Below the pieces are notes generated by a model that searched no databases, was not told where the DNA came from, and saw nothing but the letters and a program-made list of their open reading frames with translations. The translations under genes were made by a program, and so were the position numbers. From a bacterium (lineage in GTDB: Bacteria > Eisenbacteria > RBG-16-71-46): DNA of 14,633 bases. Every line of letters begins with the position of its first letter. Position 1 is the stretch's first letter. The stretch covers positions 1 through 14,633 of the forward strand of contig JAYWEM010000013.1 of the NCBI GenBank assembly GCA_043779265.1, written 5' to 3'. Positions 7,629-14,633 of the stretch are shown here, piece after piece.

Positions 7629-8423
7629 TCACAACTCCAACCGGACCGGATCGCCGACGCTTACGAGTCCACTCTGACTCACGAACGCGTACGCACCGAG
7701 GCAAGGCTGGTCGTTGCCGAGGAAAGGGCTGAACCGCATGTTCCGCCGGGCGATGGCCTTGAGCACTTCCGGGTCACGTGGTAGATCGCCCTGGGCCATC
7801 GTGGCCATGACGCACCGCGGGCACGGATCCGTGACGTCGAGCACGACTTGATCGCCGATGCGAAGCCGCTTGCCGACCCACTCGTTCTCCGGGAAGCCGT
7901 CGCCCGATGTCAGTTCGAGCAAGAGGTTCGGCCTGAATCGACGCGTTGCGAACGTCGAGCTCGCCCCCTCACGGCCCATCTCCGCCAGCGCCGTGAGCGT
8001 GACGACATGGAGCGGCGCGTAGTCGAAGAACGTGCCGGCCATCGAGTGCTCGCACGAAGCGGGCCGGGCGGAGTCATCATCGTTGACGCAGCCGAGCGCG
8101 ACCGGTCGTTCGAACCACGCGGATAGCACATCGATGCAAGCAGGATCATCGCTGCGCACGAGGCGGCCGTCCGGCAGCGTGATCTCGATGAGCGCCCGGT
8201 GGGCAGATGGATCCACGCCTTGGGCGTATCGGGCGCTGAAGTCCAACAGCCGAGGGAACAGGGGGTTCGGGGCGCTGATCACTCGCTTCTCGCTCGGATC
8301 GAACAAGGCGAACGAGCGATCCCCCGCGATGCCATGCGTGGAGACCTGCGCGGCGGACATGGCCTCGCCACTCATCGACTTCACCGGGTAGCGGTGGATC
8401 TCAGCGACAGTGCCCAGGATCAT
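7629..8423 (-). CDS. MOSC domain protein (MOSC_N + MOSC; YcbX/mARC-like)
   Basis: IHRYPVKSMSGE, GIAGDRSFAL, FFDYAPLHVVT, RRFRPNLLL, PCPRCVMAT, GLVSVGDPV. ATG overlaps the upstream stop (ATGA 8420-8423). Confidence 0.92.
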   Translation of the reverse strand: MILGTVAEIHRYPVKSMSGEAMSAAQVSTHGIAGDRSFALFDPSEKRVISAPNPLFPRLLDFSARYAQGVDPSAHRALIEITLPDGRLVRSDDPACIDVLSAWFERPVALGCVNDDDSARPASCEHSMAGTFFDYAPLHVVTLTALAEMGREGASSTFATRRFRPNLLLELTSGDGFPENEWVGKRLRIGDQVVLDVTDPCPRCVMATMAQGDLPRDPEVLKAIARRNMRFSPFLGNDQPCLGAYAFVSQSGLVSVGDPVRLEL

Positions 8424-9355
8424 GTGTCGCTCGAATAGAGGTCGGTTGAGAGGTACTTGAGGCCCGAGTCGCACACGAGCGTCGCCACCGTGCGGCCCGG
8501 CCCCAGGCGCTGGGCGATCCGAATCGCCGCGACGACATTGGCACCCGAGGACGTTCCGGCGAACAAGGCCTCCTCGCTCGCCAGTCGCCGCGTCATCGCC
8601 TTGGCCTCGGCGGTCGAGACCTGCAGCACGTCATCAGCGAGTCCCTCTCCCCACTTCGGGGGCACGAATCCAGGTCCGACGCCTTCGATGTTGTGGGCAC
8701 CGGGCGCACCACCCGAGAGCACCGCGGACTCGGACGGCTCCACCGCGACGATGTGGATCGAGGAATGCCGGGCCCGTAGAGTGCCCGAGATTCCCGCTAG
8801 GCATTGAGCGGTTCCGACCGACTGCACGAATGCATCGAGCGCACCCGCCGATTGCACCCACAGTTCGTCGGCCAACGGCACATAGCCCGCCGCGGCATCG
8901 GGGTTGTTGAACTGGTCCACGAAGAAGCATCCGGGCTGCGCGCTCAGCTCGGCGGCTCTGGCGATCATGCTCTGGATCAGTTCCTTGGTGGTGCCTCGGC
9001 CGTGGCTCGGGAGCTCGAGGACGCTCGCCCCGAGCGCACGCATGTGGTCGCGCTTCTCGCGACTGAACGCATCCGACGTGACGAGCGTGATCGGGAACCC
9101 ACGCGCCGCGCACACGAACGCGAGCGACGTGCCCGTGCTGCCGCCCGTGTACTCGACCAAGGTCCCGCCGCTCCCCAGGCGCCCCGACGACATCGCGCCG
9201 TTCAGCACCGAGAGCGCCATGCGGTCCTTCATGCTGCCGGTCGGATTGTGGCTCTCGAGCTTGACGACGATCCGCGCACAGCCGCTTGGGACCACTCGCC
9301 GCAGTTCGACGAGCGGTGTGCGGCCGATCGCATCGATGATGTGGGGTGAGTTCAT
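8420..9355 (-). CDS. PLP-dependent cysteine synthase family protein (fold type II, atypical substrate loop)
   Basis: IGRTPLVEL, KLESHNPTGSMKDR (PLP Lys), DQFNNPD, HNIEGVG, GTSSGAN, DSGLKYLST. GAGGGG lies upstream of ATG 9355. Confidence 0.92.
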   Translation of the reverse strand: MNSPHIIDAIGRTPLVELRRVVPSGCARIVVKLESHNPTGSMKDRMALSVLNGAMSSGRLGSGGTLVEYTGGSTGTSLAFVCAARGFPITLVTSDAFSREKRDHMRALGASVLELPSHGRGTTKELIQSMIARAAELSAQPGCFFVDQFNNPDAAAGYVPLADELWVQSAGALDAFVQSVGTAQCLAGISGTLRARHSSIHIVAVEPSESAVLSGGAPGAHNIEGVGPGFVPPKWGEGLADDVLQVSTAEAKAMTRRLASEEALFAGTSSGANVVAAIRIAQRLGPGRTVATLVCDSGLKYLSTDLYSSDT

Positions 9356-9402
9356 GGTGTGTGTCCCCTCGTTCAGGTCCCCGAGCGTCGGGGCGCTGTA
9401 GC

Positions 9403-10125
9403 CTACGCCCGGTCGTAGATCACGGGCATCCGGCCCTTCCATCGCTTCCAGATGACGTCGTCGGTGATCAGCTCGGCCATGAAGTGGGCGACGTTGATCC
9501 GGCTGGTCGTTCCGGCGTCGAAGATCGCGCTTCTCGTGGGCGACGGGTGCGCGTCGTACTCGGTGACCTGCTCGGCATCGATGAGATTGTCGGGCCGCAC
9601 AACCGCCCACTCGATGTGAGGGTCGCGTTGGCCGATCGACACCCGCAGATGGTCGGCCGCCTGCTCATTGTCGGTGTGCGGCGGCAGCAGCAGTCGCAGG
9701 AGCCCGATGACGCACGTCTGCCCGAACGACATGGGCTCGTGCAGGTCGCGGTTGCTGTTGCCCGCCGTGTTCATGAGCACGAACCGCGTTGGCGTCGTGG
9801 GCCTGTTGGTTCGTATGGCCGCGCAGAGGCGACGCGTCGCGTCGGTCACGAGCCGCCGCGGGGGCCCGAACAAGCCCTTCCAGGTCAGATTGTGCCCAAG
9901 GCACGAGGCCACCGCTCCACAGCCTTCGACGTGCCGTGCCAGTTCCGCATCGCCGATGGCGAGCACGTCCGCGCGGATGACGGACAGCCGCTTGTCGCGC
10001 TCGAGCGCCTCGGGCAGGTTGCCACTTGTGCGCACAATCGCCCGGACGCTCAGCCCCCGATCGAGCAACTGCCCGACGAGCCGCCGTCCGGTCGCCCCGG
10101 TCGCTCCCACCACCAGCACAGTCAT
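9403..10125 (-). CDS. NAD(P)-binding Rossmann oxidoreductase (atypical SDR / flavin-reductase-like)
   Basis: N-terminal VLVVGATGATG, VRAIVR, EWAVVRP, SRINVAHFM. GGAGG lies upstream. Confidence 0.9.
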   Translation of the reverse strand: MTVLVVGATGATGRRLVGQLLDRGLSVRAIVRTSGNLPEALERDKRLSVIRADVLAIGDAELARHVEGCGAVASCLGHNLTWKGLFGPPRRLVTDATRRLCAAIRTNRPTTPTRFVLMNTAGNSNRDLHEPMSFGQTCVIGLLRLLLPPHTDNEQAADHLRVSIGQRDPHIEWAVVRPDNLIDAEQVTEYDAHPSPTRSAIFDAGTTSRINVAHFMAELITDDVIWKRWKGRMPVIYDRA

Positions 10126-10174
10126 TCATGTCCTCCGCCAGATTCGATCCCGCGAAGCGCGCCTTGGGGCCGCG

Positions 10175-11689
10175 CTACTCCAGCCGTTTGGCCACTTGGT
10201 CGCGTCCACCCTGATGCAGGATCAGCGAGACGATATGTCCCACCTCGTTCGCCACGAACGTGACCTGCGCGTCGACCACCTCGAAGAAGAACTTCGACTC
10301 GGACTCCGCGAACACGGGGAATCGAGGCTGGTCGCCCAATCGCACGCTGAGCTGTCCCGGCTCGTGGGTCACGGCGAACTCGAGTCCGGGAACGAGTTCG
10401 TAGCGGCCGACATAGCGCTTCAGCACGTCGTCATCGAGCTCCACCCTGCCTCTCGCCGCCTTCGATTGATCGATCTGCGCGAGGACCGACTCGCTCAGCG
10501 CCTCGGAGACCGGTCGCTGCTGATCGGTCGGCCACTCATGCACTTGTGCGATGCGCCGGATAAGCAGCGCGGACAGGAGCTGTCCCGCATCGGAGTTGGT
10601 CATCACCACCACGCCCTGCCCGGTGCCCGACAACATCTCGACGTGAGCGCGGTAGCCCTGATTGCCGCCCGAGTGAGCGAAGCGGCCGTGCGCCTCGCCC
10701 GGCCGCACCACGAAACCCAATCCCATCTGGTCTCGATGCTGCGCCAGCATCCGGCGCGCCATGCCAGGCGACACGATCCGCTTGGAACGGCCGCGGGCCG
10801 CATTCGCCACCTCGATCCACAGCAGAGCCAGGTCCGTCGGCGTGGTCCACAGCCCGCTCGCGGCCGACTCGGGATGCCGGTACCAGCCCCCTTCGATCGT
10901 CGCGCCGCTCGCCCGGTGGCCACTAGCGGCACGCTTGGCGAGTGCTTCGGGCAGGTTCGTCTGGAACGTGCTGCTTCGCATGCCGACTCGATCGAATACG
11001 GACGAGCGCGCGACCGACTCGAACGACTTGCCCAGGCGATCCGTCAGCGCGAGTTGCAGCATCGTGTACCCGAGCCCGCTGTAGCTGACCGCCGAGTCGG
11101 CCGCCGATGTTCGGCGCGCAGGCCGATTGGTGGCCGGCAGCGTCCCTTCGAGGATCTGGGCGATCGTCGGCAGCGCGGCGCCCTGTGCGTAACCGGCGAA
11201 TCCGTCGGGCGTGATCCCTGCGGTGTGCGCCAGAAGCTGTCGCACGGTCACCGGCGCCTCGCCCGCCTCGGCATCGGCCGGCATCTTCCAAGAACGCAGG
11301 TATCGATTGATGTCCGCATCGAGGTCGAACGCACCGGCCTCGACTTGCCTCAGCACCGCGAGCGCGGCGATCGGCTTGCTGACCGACCCGGCCTGGAACA
11401 GCGTCTGTGGGTCGACCGGCAAGCCACTCCCGCCCGCGACCATCACGCCGTAGCCCTTGGCCCATGCGATCTTGTAGTCGTCGATGACGGCGACACTCAG
11501 CCCCGGCACGCGTAGCGAATCCATCCAAGCCTGAAGCGACAGCTCGAGCGTGCGCTCGCCCTTGGACACCGCGGGGAGTGCGGCTTCGACGCTCTCGATC
11601 TGCTTCGAGATGTCGCGCGTGTCGGCTGCGGCCCCCGCGGGGGCCGCGAGCAGCGAAGCCAGCGCGAGTGACGCGATCAGGAGCTGCAT
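10175..11689 (-). CDS. Exported serine hydrolase, beta-lactamase class C-like family, with C-terminal DUF3471-like beta domain
   Basis: Signal peptide MQLLIASLALASLLAAPAGAAA, VPGLSVAV, SxxK in FQAGSVSKP, LLAHTAG, YSGLGY, GLWTTPTDLA, HSGGNQGY, C-terminal LKRYVGRYEL...F.ESE.KFF. GAGG lies 7 nt upstream of the ATG; an alternative GTG at 11722 overlaps the upstream stop. Confidence 0.9.
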   Translation of the reverse strand: MQLLIASLALASLLAAPAGAAADTRDISKQIESVEAALPAVSKGERTLELSLQAWMDSLRVPGLSVAVIDDYKIAWAKGYGVMVAGGSGLPVDPQTLFQAGSVSKPIAALAVLRQVEAGAFDLDADINRYLRSWKMPADAEAGEAPVTVRQLLAHTAGITPDGFAGYAQGAALPTIAQILEGTLPATNRPARRTSAADSAVSYSGLGYTMLQLALTDRLGKSFESVARSSVFDRVGMRSSTFQTNLPEALAKRAASGHRASGATIEGGWYRHPESAASGLWTTPTDLALLWIEVANAARGRSKRIVSPGMARRMLAQHRDQMGLGFVVRPGEAHGRFAHSGGNQGYRAHVEMLSGTGQGVVVMTNSDAGQLLSALLIRRIAQVHEWPTDQQRPVSEALSESVLAQIDQSKAARGRVELDDDVLKRYVGRYELVPGLEFAVTHEPGQLSVRLGDQPRFPVFAESESKFFFEVVDAQVTFVANEVGHIVSLILHQGGRDQVAKRLE

Positions 11690-11718
11690 ATGGGGGCCTC
11701 GCGATGATCCGGTTCGAG

Positions 11719-12093
11719 TCACTCGGGCGCTGCGACGAACTCCATGGTCCTCGCGACGTGCTCGGGCCGGATGATGCCGTGAGCGTATTCGGAGTTCTCG
11801 CCGCGGTCGTACTTGCGCAGGTACTCGGCGCTGACGGACTCCGAGATCGCCTCGAGGTCAGGCGGGACGATCCCGAGCACTTCGAGCTCGGTGCCATCGC
11901 ATCGCAACGTGCCTCGCGCGCCGCCGAGAAAGGCCGTGTACCAGCTGCGCTCCGACAGGCCCCATGAGCGCGCGAACAATCGGCCCTGCACGGCGACCAC
12001 CCAGATCTCGAGGAACGCGCGGTCGGCTGCCCCGGCTCGAACCGATGTGAGGCCCTGCTGGTGGACGATGGCGGCGAAAGATGGAGGGATCAT
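11719..12093 (-). CDS. DUF2255-family protein
   Basis: IWVVAVQGRLFARSW...SWY...YLRKY pattern typical of DUF2255. ATG 12093 overlaps the GrpB stop (ATGA). Confidence 0.72.
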   Translation of the reverse strand: MIPPSFAAIVHQQGLTSVRAGAADRAFLEIWVVAVQGRLFARSWGLSERSWYTAFLGGARGTLRCDGTELEVLGIVPPDLEAISESVSAEYLRKYDRGENSEYAHGIIRPEHVARTMEFVAAPE

Positions 12094-12608
12094 CTTGCCG
12101 GTCGCCAAGCAAGCGCTTGGGCCTCGAGCGCTCGGACGAACGCATCCTTTCCCGCAACGTAACCCTCAGAGTCGTTGGCGAACGTACGGGCCAAGTGCTG
12201 CTTCAAGCCGGAGTACTCCTGCGCTCGCACCGGGTGGGCGAGCAGGCAGTCTCGGAATACCAGGTGCCGATGGAGTTCGTCATTGCCGTGCTCATACGCA
12301 TGCACATGATGAGTACGTACGCCGTCGCCCGTTAGTTTGCGGAAGCATCTCCGACCCGCCAGGCCGTACTCGCCCATCGGCTCGTAGCCCAGGTCACGCA
12401 GCAAGTCGTTCGCCGCATCGAGTGCGGCAAGGGACCGCACCTCGAGCAGCAGGTCGATGATCGGCTTGGCGGCGATGCCAGCGACAGCTGTGCTCCCGAT
12501 GTGATGAGCCGCCACCAACTCGTCACCGAGCGTTAGAGCGAGGGCGCGCGCCTCTCGCTCATAGCTGAGCCGCCACTGCGGATCGTGGGGAACCACTCGG
12601 ACACTCAT
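12090..12608 (-). CDS. GrpB family protein (UPF0157, nucleotidyltransferase-like fold)
   Basis: VVPHDPQW, HHIGSTAVAGIAAKPIIDL, LGYE, THHVH, FRD.L..HP, Y..LK, Y..GK..FV. Start could also be ATG 12617 or 12620. Confidence 0.92.
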   Translation of the reverse strand: MSVRVVPHDPQWRLSYEREARALALTLGDELVAAHHIGSTAVAGIAAKPIIDLLLEVRSLAALDAANDLLRDLGYEPMGEYGLAGRRCFRKLTGDGVRTHHVHAYEHGNDELHRHLVFRDCLLAHPVRAQEYSGLKQHLARTFANDSEGYVAGKDAFVRALEAQALAWRPAR

Positions 12609-12654
12609 CGCTCGCATCATGCTCCATCACGTGCAGTGGGGCCACGCGAACCGA

Positions 12655-12683
12655 TTGAAGTGGGGGTCCAGAGCTTCTACTCT
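12655..12683 (+). promoter_or_regulatory. Putative sigma70-type promoter giving a leaderless transcript of the AlkD-like gene
   Basis: TTGAAG (12655-12660), 17 bp spacer, TACTCT (12678-12683), then 7 nt to ATG 12691. No Shine-Dalgarno sequence. Confidence 0.6.
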
Positions 12684-12690
12684 CACCGCC

Positions 12691-13356
12691 ATGACCCTGA
12701 AAGAAGCTCTCAAGCAACTCGAAGCGCTCGGCAGCGACAAAGTGCGCGCGCAGAACTGCAATCACGGCGCAGGCAAGAATCAGTACGGCGTCAAGCTCGG
12801 CGACATCCGCGTGCTGGCCAAGACGATCAAGACCGATCACGCGTTGGCGCTGGAACTCTGGAACACCGGGAGCATCGACGCCCAGTTACTGGCCACGCTC
12901 GTGATCAAGCCGAAGTCCCTGTCCGCTGACGACATGGATCGGCTCGTGCGCTCGGTCACGTTCGTGCAGGTGGCGGACTGGCTCAACGCCTACGTGCTCA
13001 AGCTCCACGCCGACAAGGAGACTCTGCGCCAGCGGTGGATGACCGATCCGCACCCGATGGCCGCGCGCGCCGCGTGGAGCCTGACGGCATCACGCGTCGT
13101 GAATGACCCGAAAGGGCTGGAGCTCCCCGCACTCCTGGATCGCATTCAGGCCGAGATGGGGACAGCCGCCTCGGAGGTGAAGTGGACGATGAACAGCTGT
13201 CTTGCCGAAATCGGGATCCACTTCCCCGCGCATCGCAAGCGCGCGCTCGCCATCGGCGAGTCGTTGGGAATCTATCGCGACTATCCCACGTCCAAGGACT
13301 GCACCTCGCCGTTCGCCCCGACCTGGATCAACGAGTTGGTGAGGCGTCAGGGCTGA
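12691..13356 (+). CDS. DNA alkylation repair protein (AlkD-like HEAT-repeat family)
   Basis: QYGVKLGDIRVLAKTIKTDHALALELWNTG..DAQLLA, QVADWL, WTMN..LAEIGI, G+YRDYP...CTSPFAP.WI pattern of the DNA alkylation repair family. Confidence 0.88.
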   Translation: MTLKEALKQLEALGSDKVRAQNCNHGAGKNQYGVKLGDIRVLAKTIKTDHALALELWNTGSIDAQLLATLVIKPKSLSADDMDRLVRSVTFVQVADWLNAYVLKLHADKETLRQRWMTDPHPMAARAAWSLTASRVVNDPKGLELPALLDRIQAEMGTAASEVKWTMNSCLAEIGIHFPAHRKRALAIGESLGIYRDYPTSKDCTSPFAPTWINELVRRQG

Positions 13357-13393
13357 GGGTGTGCGGCTGCGTTCGCCACACCCCCCAGCCCTG
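13348..13393. terminator. Imperfect GC-rich hairpin between convergent genes (possible bidirectional terminator or 3' stabiliser)
   Basis: CAGGGCTG (13348-13355) pairs with CAGCCCTG (13386-13393); GGGTGTG (13357-13363) pairs with CACACCC (13377-13383). No U-tract on either strand. Confidence 0.45.
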
Positions 13394-13402
13394 TACCTGC
13401 CC

Positions 13403-14633
13403 TCAGGCCGGCTTGATGTTCTGGTTCATGCAGAAGAAGTTCGTCGGGTCGTACTTCATCTTGAGCGCCCGGAGCCGGTCGTACATCGCGCCGTAAGCGA
13501 ACTCGACGCGGTCGGACTCGTCCTGGGTGAGGAAGTTGATGTACGCACCCGCACTTGCGAACGGCTTCGATTTGGCGAAGAACTCGCGCGCCCAGGCGAT
13601 GCAACGCTCATCCTCGGCAGCCGTGTCCCAACGACCGTGCACGTTCAAGACGTAGTTGGCGTCGCGACTGGAGTAGGCCATCGCGTCGGGCGCGACGCGA
13701 GCGGTCTGGGCGCCGATCGTGCCGATGAAGATCTCGCAACGGGGCGAGGGCATCCTGCCGGCGTACTCGATGATGGCGTCGATCGCGCCATCGCTCAGCT
13801 TCGAGAAGTTGTGCGACTTCCAGTAGTTGCGAGCGCCCGGCGTGAGGAGCGGGTCGAACGCCTGCTGCCACGCGGTGTAGGGCTGCACGCCGACGTGCTC
13901 GCCGATCACTTTGCCGAACGTTCGCAGGGGCTCGATCGCCTTCTCGCCCGTGGCGGGGTCGCCCGCATAGCACAGCGCGAGCACGACGATCTCCTTGCCG
14001 TGAACCTCCGCCGGCAGAAACGGCAGCGGCGGGGCCTTGCGAGTGACCATCCAGACATTGAGTTCGTCCGGCATCGTCTCGGTGAAGCGGGCGAACTTGG
14101 TGATCACCGACTTCGCCTGGTCGAACGGGAACACGATGAGCCCGCTCAGCACCTCCGGGCCGACCGGATGCAACTGGAACTCGAAGCTCGTGACGATGCC
14201 GAAGTTGCCACCGCCGCCTCGCAGTCCCCAGAAGAGATCCTCATTCTCGGTGGCGCTGGCATGCACCTGCTTGCCCTCGGCCGTGACCACTTCGGCGGAG
14301 AGCAGGTTGTCGATGGTCATACCGTACTTGCGGCTGAGCCAACCGAAGCCGGCCCCGAGCGTGAGGCCCGCGACGCCCGTCGTGGAGTTGATGCCGAGCG
14401 GAGTGGCAAGGCCGTGCATCTGTGACGCGGCATCGAAGTCGGCGAGCGTGCAGCCCGGCTCGACCTTCGCTGTGCGGGCCTTGGCGTCGACCTTGACGCC
14501 CTTCATCAGCGAGAGATCGATCAGGAGGCCGTCGTCGCACAGGGCATTGCCGGCGATGTTGTGCCCGCCGCCTCGGATCGACACGAGCAGCTTGTGCTTG
14601 CGTGCGAACGTGACGGCCTGGACGACGTCGTCG
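13403..14633 (-). CDS. FAD-binding oxidoreductase with BBE domain (VAO/PCMH family); 5'-partial
   Basis: Frame is open to the window edge (DDVVQAVTFARKHKLLVSIRGGGH). RGGGH flavinylation motif, TGVAGLTLGAGFGWL, DLFWGLRGGGGNFGIVT, AYINF, LKMKYDPTNFF.MNQNI. Confidence 0.94.
   Translation of the reverse strand, partial: DDVVQAVTFARKHKLLVSIRGGGHNIAGNALCDDGLLIDLSLMKGVKVDAKARTAKVEPGCTLADFDAASQMHGLATPLGINSTTGVAGLTLGAGFGWLSRKYGMTIDNLLSAEVVTAEGKQVHASATENEDLFWGLRGGGGNFGIVTSFEFQLHPVGPEVLSGLIVFPFDQAKSVITKFARFTETMPDELNVWMVTRKAPPLPFLPAEVHGKEIVVLALCYAGDPATGEKAIEPLRTFGKVIGEHVGVQPYTAWQQAFDPLLTPGARNYWKSHNFSKLSDGAIDAIIEYAGRMPSPRCEIFIGTIGAQTARVAPDAMAYSSRDANYVLNVHGRWDTAAEDERCIAWAREFFAKSKPFASAGAYINFLTQDESDRVEFAYGAMYDRLRALKMKYDPTNFFCMNQNIKPA

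Noticed and set aside
8420..9355. Gene symbol cysK/cysM
   Set aside because: The TSGNT and GTGGT motifs are diverged, so orthology cannot be supported by eye.
9356..9610. 85-aa N-terminal extension of the cysteine-synthase-family ORF
   Set aside because: Overlaps the upstream oxidoreductase in another frame. Family similarity and the SD point to ATG 9355.
9668..11515. 615-aa plus-strand ORF
   Set aside because: Antisense shadow of the serine hydrolase and Rossmann genes, with no motifs. Such ORFs are expected in high-GC DNA.
10175..11689. True AmpC beta-lactamase or resistance gene
   Set aside because: YSG and HSG replace YxN and KTG, and there is an extra C-terminal domain. This is typical of the broad serine hydrolase family, so resistance cannot be claimed.
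7077..13356. Integron cassette array (GrpB, VOC and repair genes are common cassette cargo)
   Set aside because: No RYYYAAC...GTTRRRY attC boundaries or repeated spacers seen, genes overlap by ATGA, and there is no integrase in the window.
13361..14425. 354-aa plus-strand ORF
   Set aside because: Antisense shadow of the FAD/BBE oxidoreductase.
1..14633. CRISPR array, tRNA/rRNA, transposase, phage or defence genes
   Set aside because: No regularly spaced repeats, no intergenic region with such structure, and no matching protein motifs were seen.

Overview
High-GC bacterial genomic window, almost fully coding: 15 CDS (two cut by the window edges) plus one gene remnant. No rRNA, tRNA, CRISPR or recognisable mobile element was seen. 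Left half (1-6108), a signalling-type cluster: a GAF + HisKA protein that stops without an ATPase domain, a SAM methyltransferase translationally coupled to a signal-peptide alpha/beta hydrolase, a divergent MASE1-PAS hybrid histidine kinase, and a second, paralogous exported alpha/beta hydrolase whose catalytic His position holds Tyr. Middle (6353-7063): an exported acidic protein ending in PVPVTPG-SWGRIKTAYR, a likely C-terminal sorting signal. From recollection this tail type is common in Candidatus Eisenbacteria/Krumholzibacteria-like bacteria (unverified). Right half (7077-14633): a minus-strand run of accessory genes (GrpB, DUF2255, serine hydrolase, NAD(P)-binding protein, atypical cysteine-synthase-family enzyme, MOSC protein, VOC remnant, NT5C nucleotidase), a probably leaderless AlkD-like gene and a partial FAD/BBE oxidoreductase. 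All calls come from motif recognition by eye; no database search was run.
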